64,000 bases of DNA from Promethearchaeota archaeon (GTDB lineage: Archaea > Asgardarchaeota > Lokiarchaeia > Sigyniarchaeales > SOKP01): positions 8,884 to 72,883 of the forward strand of contig JBHLOC010000027.1 of the NCBI GenBank assembly GCA_048940925.1, in the 5' to 3' direction. Each line of letters begins with the position of its first letter. The stretch's first letter is position 1. Position numbers and translations under genes: made by a program. The notes below the pieces were generated by a model. That model was not told the origin of the DNA and made no database searches. It saw only the letters and a program-made list of their open reading frames with translations. Positions 9,419 to 20,008 of this stretch are shown piece after piece.

Positions 9419-10966
9419 TTGACGATTTTGAAAATGAAAATTGGTGAAAAAATTAGAGATTGGAAAAAATCGTCAATTGAACGTCATGACCTTTATAACT
9501 TTGAATCAAAAATAGATTATACTTTAGAAATAACTAAAAAGAAAAATACATCATATATTCTTACTACGTATTTCTTTATTCCCAGTTCCCTACAGATAAA
9601 CAAAGATTCATACAGTAAAGAGCAATTTTTTTCCGATATCAACAATAAAATCAGGTTTAAAACTCCTAAAATGTCTATAGAGGAGATATTAAATGAACGA
9701 AATGAGTTCTCTCCAATGAACACAATCCTGAAGGCATTAAAAGACATTGAATATGAGAATTCGTATGCAAATTTCATAATAACAATACAAAGAGAATTAT
9801 GCTTGCTTGCAGATATAATAAAAGTTTCTTTAAGAGATCAGTACAATTACATTCAGAACAATTATGCTGAATTAGAAAAACAATATCACTTCCCAGATAT
9901 GATAAATTCTTATCTCGAATCAATAAAAAAACTACAAATGGGATTGGAATTGATAGGAAATAAAATTTTAATGTCCAAAGTTTCAATAAAGTTACGTGAG
10001 GCGTTTAAGTATGCAGAAGAGTATATTAGTTTGCAGATTGAAATGTGGCTTACAAGATTTCTAAAAAATTTTGAAGACAAACTTAATCAGGAGATTAAAA
10101 ATAGTATCATTGAGTTAATCGAAAAAGAGCTGGAACATCGTGAACATTTAAAGAGTTCATTAATTATTCGTGAAAATGTAAATAACGAAACTTTTTCTTA
10201 CCAAGAGGGGATTACGAAAAAATATGTGCAAAGTGTTTTATATTTAGAAAAAAAGAAAAAGGATCCAAGATCCCAATCATTAGAAATATTTTATTCGATA
10301 GCTGCTGGAGCTGCAATGTTTTTTTCATTATTTTTTGGTTTTTTAATCCTTTCGTTCTTTCCTCGGTATTCTATTCCTTTTATTATTGCTACTGTTGTAA
10401 TTTATATGCTAAAAGACAGGATTAAAGAAAATATTCGTGGAATTTCACAGAAAGCGGTAGGATCTCTATTCCCAGATCAGCGTATTGACATTATAGATGG
10501 ATTTAATAAAGAAAAGATTGGAAAAAGTAAAGAAATTGTTAATTTTAAAAGTAAAGATACAATTCCTCCAGAAATTTTAAAAATTCGAAGATCAAGCAAC
10601 ATTAGTTCGTTAGAAGAGCGAGGTAAACCAGAGGAGGTTATCGAATATGAGAAAAAAATAACTTTATTCAAAAAAAAGACTAACCAATTCCTTACAAGAA
10701 GAAAAGATATATCAGATGTCATTCGTTTTAATGTCAGAGATTTTATAAGATACGCTGACGACCCAATTCAATATTTTTCTAAATGGAATGCAGATAAAAA
10801 AATAATTGAAGATATTCCTGTTTCCAAAGTATATCATTTAAATCTTGTTTTAAAGTTAACAACATATAAAGGAAGAAAAGCAAGAAAAATTCGTTTCAAA
10901 AAGTTTAGAGTTATATTAGATCAAAAGGGGATTAAAAGAGTTTCAGAACCTGAATTTACTCTATAG
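9419..10966 (+). CDS. Hypothetical protein with a two-TM hairpin
   Basis: 515-aa ORF; YFFIPSSLQIN, IRFKTP, YSIAAGAAMFF...YMLKDRIKE look like conserved-family motifs; function unknown. Confidence 0.7.
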   Translation: MTILKMKIGEKIRDWKKSSIERHDLYNFESKIDYTLEITKKKNTSYILTTYFFIPSSLQINKDSYSKEQFFSDINNKIRFKTPKMSIEEILNERNEFSPMNTILKALKDIEYENSYANFIITIQRELCLLADIIKVSLRDQYNYIQNNYAELEKQYHFPDMINSYLESIKKLQMGLELIGNKILMSKVSIKLREAFKYAEEYISLQIEMWLTRFLKNFEDKLNQEIKNSIIELIEKELEHREHLKSSLIIRENVNNETFSYQEGITKKYVQSVLYLEKKKKDPRSQSLEIFYSIAAGAAMFFSLFFGFLILSFFPRYSIPFIIATVVIYMLKDRIKENIRGISQKAVGSLFPDQRIDIIDGFNKEKIGKSKEIVNFKSKDTIPPEILKIRRSSNISSLEERGKPEEVIEYEKKITLFKKKTNQFLTRRKDISDVIRFNVRDFIRYADDPIQYFSKWNADKKIIEDIPVSKVYHLNLVLKLTTYKGRKARKIRFKKFRVILDQKGIKRVSEPEFTL

Positions 10967-12388
10967 GAGAGTATGAACATTCCATCCTAAATAATTTGAA
11001 AGCGCTTCAATTATTATCTCTCCGACTTCATTTAGTGATGCTGCAATATGATGAGCAAAACCTTCTTTACATATTATCTTTAAAACCTCTTGTAGATTAG
11101 GGATTTCTATCACACCATATCCTCCAAAGGTCTCTAAATAATCATCAGTATAATTACCCTCAACTACGAAAGCCTTAATTTCTCCAAATAAATCATCAGT
11201 TTCCACTCGTAAAAGTGTACACGGTTGAGCTTTAATACGACCTTGAATTGCACCAAAACTTGCATCTCCTCCTTTAGAATCAGAAATAATTGGGTGAATA
11301 GTGATTCTTGTATCTTGAAAAAAAGATTTTGGTAAATTACTACAATGAAAGAGGACCATTTTATTAGGTTCTTCCCCATAATTATTATTCCAATCTAAAA
11401 TTGCTGAAGGTGTTTCAGAAGCAATTTGTAGTATTAACATACTTAATAATCCAGAAATATCGGCTTCACATGCCGCTGGAATAAGCCCTTCGCTAAATAT
11501 ACTCATAATAGCACATGGTACAATCCCTATGTTATCTTGTATTGAAGGCCAACATTGAAGAGCAAATCCATCTAAATCATTTACTTTTACCCAATTTTCA
11601 ATAACAACAGCTAATTTTGCCAACTTAAGAATGCTATTTTCTGGAAAGGAAGAGGTAGATGTATAATTCTTTATAAACTCAATCTTATCCTTTACTTTTG
11701 GATCATAATCATCTAACTGATTAATATATGCAAATATCTCTGATAAGTCTATAGATTCTATGCTTATTCCGTTGAATTCTAAAATTTTTTCACTATATCT
11801 TACCGTGTCAAAAGCATTTGGTCTAGTACCAATTTGACCTAACCTTGTATTTCGGAGTTTTTTCACAATTTTGCATACTTTCTCAAATCTCGTTAACTCT
11901 TCTTTAAAAATATCAGACTTTATAGGGCATGTGTGATATTTTGTTAAGGTAAATGGAATTCCATATTGATAAAGGACATTAGTTACAGATATTTTTCCAC
12001 AAAATGCATCTCTTCGATGGCTTCTGTCCATTTTATCAATTTCATCAGAAGAAGCATGAATTAACACAGGAACATTAATGCTTGATAATTTTAGTGTATT
12101 AGCGATTGCTTTTTCGTCACCAAAATTTGGTAAAATTACTAATATTCCGAAAATTTTATCCTTATTTGCTTTGAATAAGTTAGCACATTTCTTTGCATCC
12201 TGAAAACTTTCTACAACTCCATATTTGGTATCTTCTTCACTTATAATAACATAATCATAATTTAGCTCGTTTAAAACTTCGATTATAGCACTTCTTCCTT
12301 TTTTCGCGAGGTGATCGGGAAAAACATCTCTATTTCCGACAATTACACCAAATGTAACACTTTCAAAATATTTAGTAAGAAAAGCCAT
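10961..12388 (-). CDS. L-fucose/L-arabinose isomerase family protein
   Basis: NFGDE, RRDAFCGKIS, ACEADISG, LFHCSN and GFAHH motifs. Confidence 0.88.
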   Translation of the reverse strand: MAFLTKYFESVTFGVIVGNRDVFPDHLAKKGRSAIIEVLNELNYDYVIISEEDTKYGVVESFQDAKKCANLFKANKDKIFGILVILPNFGDEKAIANTLKLSSINVPVLIHASSDEIDKMDRSHRRDAFCGKISVTNVLYQYGIPFTLTKYHTCPIKSDIFKEELTRFEKVCKIVKKLRNTRLGQIGTRPNAFDTVRYSEKILEFNGISIESIDLSEIFAYINQLDDYDPKVKDKIEFIKNYTSTSSFPENSILKLAKLAVVIENWVKVNDLDGFALQCWPSIQDNIGIVPCAIMSIFSEGLIPAACEADISGLLSMLILQIASETPSAILDWNNNYGEEPNKMVLFHCSNLPKSFFQDTRITIHPIISDSKGGDASFGAIQGRIKAQPCTLLRVETDDLFGEIKAFVVEGNYTDDYLETFGGYGVIEIPNLQEVLKIICKEGFAHHIAASLNEVGEIIIEALSNYLGWNVHTLL

Positions 12389-12480
12389 TCTTTCTCTCCT
12401 AATTTATATTTTTAAAAAATTTAATTTTAATAAGTAAATTTAAGAATTTAAAACTAAAATATAAATATATTAATTACTCA

Positions 12481-13776
12481 ATGAATTTACCTAATAAATT
12501 TATTAGAAGATTTAAAGAGCTTTGGGAGTATAAAGTCTTTCGTTATACGTTAGTTGTTCAAATATTTTACTTTATACTTGCTATTGTATTATTTTTTGTG
12601 TATTATCATGAAAAGAATGACTTTCTTATATTTTATAATGTAGGAGATATATTTCTCCACGATATTGAGCATCTTTATGATCAAACAAACTATTTATGGG
12701 ATTTCAGATACTTTCCTTTATCAGCATTATTTTTTATACCATATAGCTTCTTAAATTATGAGTTAGCTTTCATAATCTTTAATTTATTCAATATAGTTCT
12801 TAATGTCTTGATTTGTATAATTCTTTATAAAATCATTATTAGAGTCCGAGGTTTCGATCATGAGGAGGATGATAAAAGGATTTTAAAATATTTATGCTTA
12901 TATTGCATGTGTTTTCCAAATCTTCTTAATTTTATTTTAGGACAAATAAATTTATACATCACTTTATTCATTCTGGTATCTCTATTTATTTTTCTCAAAT
13001 ATAACGAAATTAAATGGCAATTTATTGGAAGTTTAATATTAGGAATAAGTATAATTATAAAACCTACCACAATTTTCTTGATACCATTCTTAATTATTAT
13101 TAATTTTAATCGAGAGGAAAGAAAGCTAAAAATTGATCTTTCTAGAAGTGTTATAAGAATAATAGGAATCATTACACCAGTACTAATGAACATAATTTTC
13201 TTTCTATCGTATCCTAATTTATGGAATGGATTTTTAGCTACAAATTTTACAGGAACAAATCCAGTTGCTTTAAACTTTTCCTTTAGTATTACAAAATTAG
13301 TAATTAATTTTTGTTATTTTTATAACATTCCCTTTAATCAATTAGTTATATTGATTGTTGTCATGGTAATTTTTGGGGGATTAGGATTTGTAATTTTTGT
13401 ATTTAGAAAAAACGACGAAAATTCTATTATTTATGGTTATGCTTATGGGTTGATTATTATGCTCCTTGTATATTATGATTCTTGGTACCACCATCTATTA
13501 AATTTAATACCAGTTTTAGTGATTATCATATTTAATTCACCGAGACATTCTAAAGTTTCAATTATCACATCCAGGAGTGTGCTTTTTTTTCACTTTTTTG
13601 ATTTAATTTTTGTAGGAGTTTGGTATCTCGTATACCCCTTATTTCCATATAATTTTGGAAGCACTGTCTTTTTATTATTAACTTTTTATGGGATTAGTAA
13701 ATATTGTTTAAAAGAGAAAACATATAAAATAAATATCGGTAATAATTATTTCGGTGAAATAAAGAAAGATGAGTGA
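12481..13776 (+). CDS. GT-C fold glycosyltransferase, GT87/DUF2029-like (paralog 1)
   Basis: NDFLIFY, FRYFPLSA, LGQIN, SIIIKP and SWYHH motifs; many TM segments. Confidence 0.8.
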   Translation: MNLPNKFIRRFKELWEYKVFRYTLVVQIFYFILAIVLFFVYYHEKNDFLIFYNVGDIFLHDIEHLYDQTNYLWDFRYFPLSALFFIPYSFLNYELAFIIFNLFNIVLNVLICIILYKIIIRVRGFDHEEDDKRILKYLCLYCMCFPNLLNFILGQINLYITLFILVSLFIFLKYNEIKWQFIGSLILGISIIIKPTTIFLIPFLIIINFNREERKLKIDLSRSVIRIIGIITPVLMNIIFFLSYPNLWNGFLATNFTGTNPVALNFSFSITKLVINFCYFYNIPFNQLVILIVVMVIFGGLGFVIFVFRKNDENSIIYGYAYGLIIMLLVYYDSWYHHLLNLIPVLVIIIFNSPRHSKVSIITSRSVLFFHFFDLIFVGVWYLVYPLFPYNFGSTVFLLLTFYGISKYCLKEKTYKINIGNNYFGEIKKDE

Positions 13777-14530
13777 AAGATTAAGACTAAGATCTTTTTT
13801 ATTAAGTTTTTTAATTATAATAATTTTTATCTTAAGCATTATTTCAGATGGAACTGCTATTAATTATGGAGTTGGAGTTAAAAAAGAAGAAGAGTTAGTT
13901 TGGAATTGTAATGTGTGTAATAAAGACGAAATGAAAATACTTTTTGGTAATAATTGGGATAATTCAGGATTTTTCGAAGATTTAAATAGAGGATCAAAGA
14001 TGAAATGGAAAATAAAAAATATTGAAATTAATGATACTTATCTAGTTATTAAGGTTGAACTTTGGAAATGGAATAGTGAAAAAAATTGGGGGATTAAAGA
14101 TAGTAATTTTCAAATCATATACTTCATAAATCCAAAAACATATGTAAATGCATTAAATTTTTCTAACTATGCATTTTTAGTACCCTTTTTATTTCCCATA
14201 CCTGTAAGTGAATATCTTGGAAATTTAAAATTAAATGAATGGTATGATGTAGATAACAGAGTTCTAACTACTTTAAACGTAGAAATCACTAAAGATCAGA
14301 TATTGACAGATTATCCCACTAAAGATATTAAAATTATAGCAATATATAATGAACGGGGAATTCTCACTTCATATAAGCTTTATATAAAGGAAAATGTAGT
14401 TATAGTTGATATATCTTTTAATAAGTTACCCTATTTTGTAATACCAGCATTAGTTTGTCTAACAGTTTGTTTATCAACCGCAGTAATAATTTATATTTTA
14501 AAGAAGAAACAATCAATTAAAAAATATTAA
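13769..14530 (+). CDS. Membrane-anchored extracellular protein
   Basis: N-terminal signal-like helix, beta-rich body, C-terminal TM followed by KKK; overlaps the upstream gene by 8 nt. Confidence 0.7.
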   Translation: MSERLRLRSFLLSFLIIIIFILSIISDGTAINYGVGVKKEEELVWNCNVCNKDEMKILFGNNWDNSGFFEDLNRGSKMKWKIKNIEINDTYLVIKVELWKWNSEKNWGIKDSNFQIIYFINPKTYVNALNFSNYAFLVPFLFPIPVSEYLGNLKLNEWYDVDNRVLTTLNVEITKDQILTDYPTKDIKIIAIYNERGILTSYKLYIKENVVIVDISFNKLPYFVIPALVCLTVCLSTAVIIYILKKKQSIKKY

Positions 14531-14551
14531 TGAATTTACGGTAATTTCTAA

Positions 14552-15838
14552 ATGGAATTAAAAATAAAATTTAGAAATAAAATAGATAGATTAAAGGAAC
14601 TTTGGGAATATAAAATATTTAGGTATACGATAATACTTCATGGAATTTATTTTATAATTTCTTTAATCTTAACCTTAACAATTTTTAGGATTAAGAATGA
14701 TTTTCTAGTTTATTATACTGTAGGGAAAATATTTGTTACAGATATCAATGATCTTTATAATAGAGCAAATTATCTATGGCCTTTTCGTTATCTCCCTTTA
14801 TCTGCTGTGATTTTTATACCTTTTTATCTTCTTGGTTTTGATTTAGGATTTATAGTATTTAATATCTTTAATTTAGTTTTTAACATATTAATCAGCCTAA
14901 TTCTTTACAAATTAATTATTTTAATTCGAGGAGATGATCATGAAAAGAATGAAAAAAGGGTTATAACATATATTTGTATTTATTTCTTATCTTTGCCGCA
15001 GATTTTCAATTACATACTTGGTCAAATTAACCTTTATATCGTTTTCTTAATCCTGTTATCACTTTTTTTATATCTTAAACATGAGAATATTAAATGGCAA
15101 TTTATAGCAGGATTAATTTTAGGAATTACTATAATTATTAAACCAATTACTATTTTTATGACTCCTTTTCTAATTTTATTAAAATATGATTTTAAACGTA
15201 AAAAATTCATTTTTAACTTTCTACATACAATTTCACGATTAGGTGGTGTTATATTGCCTATATCTTTAAATTTGATTATTTTTCTATCACATCCTTCTTT
15301 ATTAGATGGATTCATTGATATAAATTTAGTAGGGGAAGATACTCTATATGTAAATCACTCATTTAGTTTAACAAAAATCATCCAAAACTTGTTATTTTTC
15401 ATTGGAATCCCAGAAACAAGTTTATTAAATTTGCAGATTTTGATTTTTATAGCTGTTTTAATGATTATAGGGGGATTAGGATTCGTTATTTACATTTTTC
15501 GAGGTCAAATATCAGATCCTTTAATATATGGATACACATTAGGTATTTTAATAATGCTTATCGCATATTTTGATTCTTGGGATCATCATCTTTTAATATT
15601 AACGCCATTCTTGATACTAATTATATTTAATCTGCCTCGAAATTCTGATATTACAAAAAGATTTATTAAACCAAGTTTTTTCTTCTTTAATTTTTTTGAC
15701 TTACTATTTATGGGAATAGCATATATTTGGTTTCATTTCAATTTTGAAAGTACGATATTTCTGTTATTAATATTTTATGGTATTTGTAAATTTTGTTTAT
15801 CTACAAGACATTTACTCAATAGAGATGATTTAGAATAG
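14552..15838 (+). CDS. GT-C fold glycosyltransferase, GT87/DUF2029-like (paralog 2)
   Basis: NDFLVYY, FRYLPLSA, LGQIN, IIIKP and SWDHH; colinear with paralog 1. Confidence 0.8.
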   Translation: MELKIKFRNKIDRLKELWEYKIFRYTIILHGIYFIISLILTLTIFRIKNDFLVYYTVGKIFVTDINDLYNRANYLWPFRYLPLSAVIFIPFYLLGFDLGFIVFNIFNLVFNILISLILYKLIILIRGDDHEKNEKRVITYICIYFLSLPQIFNYILGQINLYIVFLILLSLFLYLKHENIKWQFIAGLILGITIIIKPITIFMTPFLILLKYDFKRKKFIFNFLHTISRLGGVILPISLNLIIFLSHPSLLDGFIDINLVGEDTLYVNHSFSLTKIIQNLLFFIGIPETSLLNLQILIFIAVLMIIGGLGFVIYIFRGQISDPLIYGYTLGILIMLIAYFDSWDHHLLILTPFLILIIFNLPRNSDITKRFIKPSFFFFNFFDLLFMGIAYIWFHFNFESTIFLLLIFYGICKFCLSTRHLLNRDDLE

Positions 15839-16560
15839 AAATTATCCCCGCAATTGATATCAGTAGAGGAAAGTGCGTTCGTTTATTCAAAGGAAAAAAG
15901 GGGACTGAAAAGATCTATTATGAAAATCCACTTAATGCTGTGGATTTTTGGATAAATAAAGATGTTAAACGTTTACATTTTGTGGATTTAGATGGAGCAT
16001 GGGGTTCTAGTTTGAATAAAGAAATCATTAAAGAAATGATAAAAAGAGCATCAAATAGATTAAAAGTTCAAGTTGGGGGTGGTATTAGAAATTTGCAATC
16101 TGCAAAAGAACTTATTGAAATTGGTGCTGATCGAGTGATAGTTGGAACTATGGCAATAGAGCATCCGAAAATTATACAAAAATTAGCAAATGAATTAGGT
16201 TCTGAACGAATTGTAGTTGCATTGGATTATAAACGCGGAGGAATTGTAATTCATGGATGGACAGAACAAACAGATAAAGATCCATTTACATTTGGAAAAA
16301 AAATTGCAAATTTTGGGGCAGGATATATTCTTTTCTCTTCAATTGAAGCAGATGGTACCTTCACAGGTCCAGATTTTGTAAATATTAAAAAAATGATAAA
16401 TTCAGTAAATATTCCTATTTATGCTGCAGGAGGGATTCGAAACGAGAAAGACCTTATAAAATTACAGCAGATGGGTGTGTGGGGCGTCATCATTGGAAAA
16501 GCATTTTATGAACAAAAAATTCCATATTCAATATTAAAGAATTCTAAATATAATTGTTAA
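15835..16560 (+). CDS. hisA: ProFAR isomerase (HisA), probable ATA start
   Basis: LHFVDLDGA, QVGGGIR, DGTFTGPD, AAGGIR and IIGKAFYE. The conserved N-terminus EIIPAIDISRGKCVRL lies upstream of the called GTG (15940) and follows an ATA at 15835; in-frame TGA at 15826. Confidence 0.92.
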   Translation: MEIIPAIDISRGKCVRLFKGKKGTEKIYYENPLNAVDFWINKDVKRLHFVDLDGAWGSSLNKEIIKEMIKRASNRLKVQVGGGIRNLQSAKELIEIGADRVIVGTMAIEHPKIIQKLANELGSERIVVALDYKRGGIVIHGWTEQTDKDPFTFGKKIANFGAGYILFSSIEADGTFTGPDFVNIKKMINSVNIPIYAAGGIRNEKDLIKLQQMGVWGVIIGKAFYEQKIPYSILKNSKYNC

Positions 16561-16650
16561 AATAGATTTAAAATGGAATAAATATTAGATTTATCATTGG
16601 AATATTAAAATCCACATTTATTAGTAGACAATTATTTTAACTTTGAAGAA

Positions 16651-17388
16651 ATGATTCTAGATTTTTATCTTCCACCATTATTGGTCGTCTTTGTTCCCGC
16701 TTTTACTTTAGGCTTTCTTCATACTATTATTCCTTGCGAAGATAAAGCAATATTCATTTTTTGGTCGTTAGGAATTTCAAAAACGCCTCAAAAGAGTGTG
16801 TTTATATTAGTTCTTTATGGATTAGGTTTAATGACTGCTAATTTGACAATCGCAACTGGTACTGTTCTAATTAGTTTTATCCCTCAAATTTTTCTTCCAC
16901 ATATTATTCCTGAAGATCCTTTTGCTATAAATTTCTTTGGAGCGGTTACTTCTATGTTTGCTGGGGTAATTTTACTATTTTATATAACAAGAAGAGGGTA
17001 TATACCCCACTCAAAACAAAAAGATGAATTAGCACAGTTAAATTGGGAAAAAAAGAAAACTCCTTATCTTTTTGGCATTATAGCTGGATTTCCACCTTGT
17101 ATATTTGAACTACTAATCTATTCGTGGTGTTTACAATGGTCATTACAAGGTGGTTATGGATTTATAGATGGAATTTTCACAGTTTTTTATTTTTCGCTCG
17201 GAACATTCGTTGGACTTTTTCCTCTTGCTTTAGCAAAGCAAAGTACTTCTCAATTCATGAAATCCAGTGATAAAAAAAAAAAGAACCTAGTTTTAATTAT
17301 CATGATATTTATAGTTATTATATTCAATTTGATAGTCATGATATTAAGCTTTTTACAAATCCGTGTTTTTCCAGCAGTCCCATTTTAA
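16651..17388 (+). CDS. Membrane protein, DsbD_2 / NiCoT-like superfamily
   Basis: About 6 TM segments; LGFLHTIIPCED, GFPPCIFE and FSLGT motifs. Confidence 0.6.
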   Translation: MILDFYLPPLLVVFVPAFTLGFLHTIIPCEDKAIFIFWSLGISKTPQKSVFILVLYGLGLMTANLTIATGTVLISFIPQIFLPHIIPEDPFAINFFGAVTSMFAGVILLFYITRRGYIPHSKQKDELAQLNWEKKKTPYLFGIIAGFPPCIFELLIYSWCLQWSLQGGYGFIDGIFTVFYFSLGTFVGLFPLALAKQSTSQFMKSSDKKKKNLVLIIMIFIVIIFNLIVMILSFLQIRVFPAVPF

Positions 17389-17551
17389 GTATCTCAATAA
17401 AAAAAAAATATCGATTAAATAAAAAAATTAAATACTTTTTGATTATTCTCATTGATTGGAATGACCAAAAAAATTGGTCTATTAAAATTATTTAAGCTTT
17501 AATTTTTTTATAATTATATAGATTTCTAAAATTGCAACAGGAACTAAAATA

Positions 17552-19927
17552 ATGAAATGTTTATTCTGTGAAAGTCAAAATATCGATTATACTTGTGAAC
17601 GTTGTAAATCTAATTTTTGTATTAATCATATAGCTACAACAGAAATACATGAATGCAAAAAACATAACATTATCTATTCAAAAGCAAAAGCGCTAGAACG
17701 AAATTATAAATGTACTGTGATTGAGGATAGTGAGTGTCCTGAATGTAAGTCTATTTTAAGATTAGATAGATTATCTTCAGGTCAATATTTTTTAGAATGT
17801 ACTAATCCTCAATGTCCAGAATCATGGAACTCATATCTAAAAACTCCTGGTCTATTTTTTCCTTCAAAAGAAAAACTTGCAAGAGAAGCGATAAGATACA
17901 ATCTTATTAAAGGAAATAAATTTACGTTATGTGGTAAGAAATTAAAGCATATAATAGGAAAGGAAATTTGTCCTAAATGTTTCTTGGATTTATTACAGAG
18001 AGCTCCAATTACGAATTTCCAAACAATTATGAATTCCTTCAATTTATCAGCTCCACAAATGATCAAATTTATTAATAAATATATGGAAGAAGAACGTATC
18101 TATGGTATTATTGATCAAAAAACCCAGATGTTTTATTATATTTCTCCTGAAATTCGCGAAAAATTACTTTCAAAATTCCATGATGAGGGAATTATTAAAG
18201 TAGAAGATTTAGGAGTAATGCTTGATATGAGTTCTGAGGTTGCTCTCAAAATAATATATAAATTAATTAACCAATTTCAAATAAAAGGATCTTTTTCTCA
18301 AGATAAAAAAATCTATTATACTCAAAAGTATATAATGGATAGTTTGATCAAAGATATCAAGAAAAATGGAAGAGTTACATTAAAGCAGCTTGCTAATAAT
18401 TTCAATATCCCGAAAGAACTTATAAAATCTTTTTGCGTCAATTTAATGAGAGCTAAGGCAGTAAATGGTTATTTTGCAGATCGGGGCCATGAAATAATCA
18501 CTGCAGATCAAATTTTTAAAGAAATTAAAGCATATTCAAAAGAAATTGGCTTATTTGAACTGTCTAATCTTGCTGATAAATTAAAGATTGCTGTAGAATT
18601 AGCAAGAAAAAGTCTCCATGAGCTTATTAAAATAGGTACGATTAAAGGACTCTTCACTCAAAGAAGAGAATTCATGACATACAAACATATGGAAAAGAAA
18701 ATAAAAGAAATCGCTAGAGCGTATCGTACTATGCCTTTAAGAGAACTTTCTAATAGGTTAGGAGTCACTGAATCAAGTATTGAAGAAAATTTAGCCCAAA
18801 TCATTGCACGGGGCGACATTGATGGGTATATTGACATGTCTAAAAGACCCTCAACCTTTGTTGCGTATAGCGTACCGCTAGACTCAAAATCTCGGGAACA
18901 ACCTAAGGTTGATGAAAAAATAGATGAAGGACAGATTGAAGTTGTTCGTGATTATGATTTTATCGGTGGACAATTACACTATAAAGTAGCAGTTCGTAAT
19001 AATAGTAGTATGGCAATTAATTCAGTAAAAGTGATCCTAGATGTACCTTCTAGTTATAATGTCAAACAATCTTTAATTAATATACCCGTAATTGAAGCTA
19101 AGAATTCAAGAGGAGTTGATTTCTATTTAGAGCCAAAGGAATGTGGTATTTCTTCTATAGGTGGTGATGTAATCTACAAAACAGCTGAAGGTACAAAACA
19201 TACAACACATATAAGAAAAAAAGAAGTCCAAATTAAATGTCCCTTAGTTGTTTCTTGTCTATCAACTATTGAAGATATCCAGATTGCAATTCAGGATTTA
19301 CCAAATGATGCTCGAGCCTTTTTAGTCGCAGATATAGATCCACGATTAGCTTTCCGAGCAGCTGTCAGAACAATAAAACGTTTTGAGGTAAGTACGGTTA
19401 CTTCTCATGAAGGAAATGATTCTAAAGGAAAATATGAGGCAGAAAGTTGGCATTGTTCAGAGGCAAAAGTAGGTGGAGGGAGAATTATAACCCGAATTTA
19501 TGTTTCTGAAGCTAATCAATCATTAGAAGTTCGAATTTGGGCAGCTAATCCTGGACAGTTAACAGGATTCTTAGCGAAAGTAATTGAATTATTGTTTGAA
19601 GAGATTAATCTCATTAGAAAAATTAAATCAGAAGAAAGAGAAAAAACTATTGATGTAATGGCAATTACTCAAAATCTAGCAGAAATTTCTGATTATTGTA
19701 TGTTAAGATGGAAAGCCCAAAATATCCGTACTAAGCTACATGATACCTTTGTTCGAGTGAGAAAAATTATGGGAAACAATGAAGCCATTTTAGGACGGAT
19801 CGAATACTGGCTCACAGAATTAAATAAATATGGGAAAGATGAGAATATTAGCGAAGAGTTGGCAGACCGCTTAGTTAACGATATAGAGAATTTTAGGAGT
19901 GTAATTGCGAGATCTATTAAAATATAA
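17552..19927 (+). CDS. Multidomain protein: Zn fingers, tandem winged-helix (PCI/UFL1-like) repeats, appendage-like beta-sandwich plus platform domain, helical tail
   Basis: Several CxxC pairs in aa 1-143. About five ~60-aa repeats of the form GxxxLxxLAxxLxI...LIxxGxIxG. C-terminal YKVAVRNNS...VKVILDVP...FYLEP sandwich. Confidence 0.7.
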   Translation: MKCLFCESQNIDYTCERCKSNFCINHIATTEIHECKKHNIIYSKAKALERNYKCTVIEDSECPECKSILRLDRLSSGQYFLECTNPQCPESWNSYLKTPGLFFPSKEKLAREAIRYNLIKGNKFTLCGKKLKHIIGKEICPKCFLDLLQRAPITNFQTIMNSFNLSAPQMIKFINKYMEEERIYGIIDQKTQMFYYISPEIREKLLSKFHDEGIIKVEDLGVMLDMSSEVALKIIYKLINQFQIKGSFSQDKKIYYTQKYIMDSLIKDIKKNGRVTLKQLANNFNIPKELIKSFCVNLMRAKAVNGYFADRGHEIITADQIFKEIKAYSKEIGLFELSNLADKLKIAVELARKSLHELIKIGTIKGLFTQRREFMTYKHMEKKIKEIARAYRTMPLRELSNRLGVTESSIEENLAQIIARGDIDGYIDMSKRPSTFVAYSVPLDSKSREQPKVDEKIDEGQIEVVRDYDFIGGQLHYKVAVRNNSSMAINSVKVILDVPSSYNVKQSLINIPVIEAKNSRGVDFYLEPKECGISSIGGDVIYKTAEGTKHTTHIRKKEVQIKCPLVVSCLSTIEDIQIAIQDLPNDARAFLVADIDPRLAFRAAVRTIKRFEVSTVTSHEGNDSKGKYEAESWHCSEAKVGGGRIITRIYVSEANQSLEVRIWAANPGQLTGFLAKVIELLFEEINLIRKIKSEEREKTIDVMAITQNLAEISDYCMLRWKAQNIRTKLHDTFVRVRKIMGNNEAILGRIEYWLTELNKYGKDENISEELADRLVNDIENFRSVIARSIKI

Positions 19928-20008
19928 GCTTTTATTTCCCTTAAAAAAAAATTTATAAGTGTTTATATCTAATATTAATAGTAATAAGGAAATTATGGAT
20001 GGTGCTTT

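Noticed and set aside
8227-10966. Restriction-modification or defence system
   Set aside because: The MTase has no recognisable endonuclease or helicase partner; the 515-aa neighbour has TM helices and no nuclease motif.
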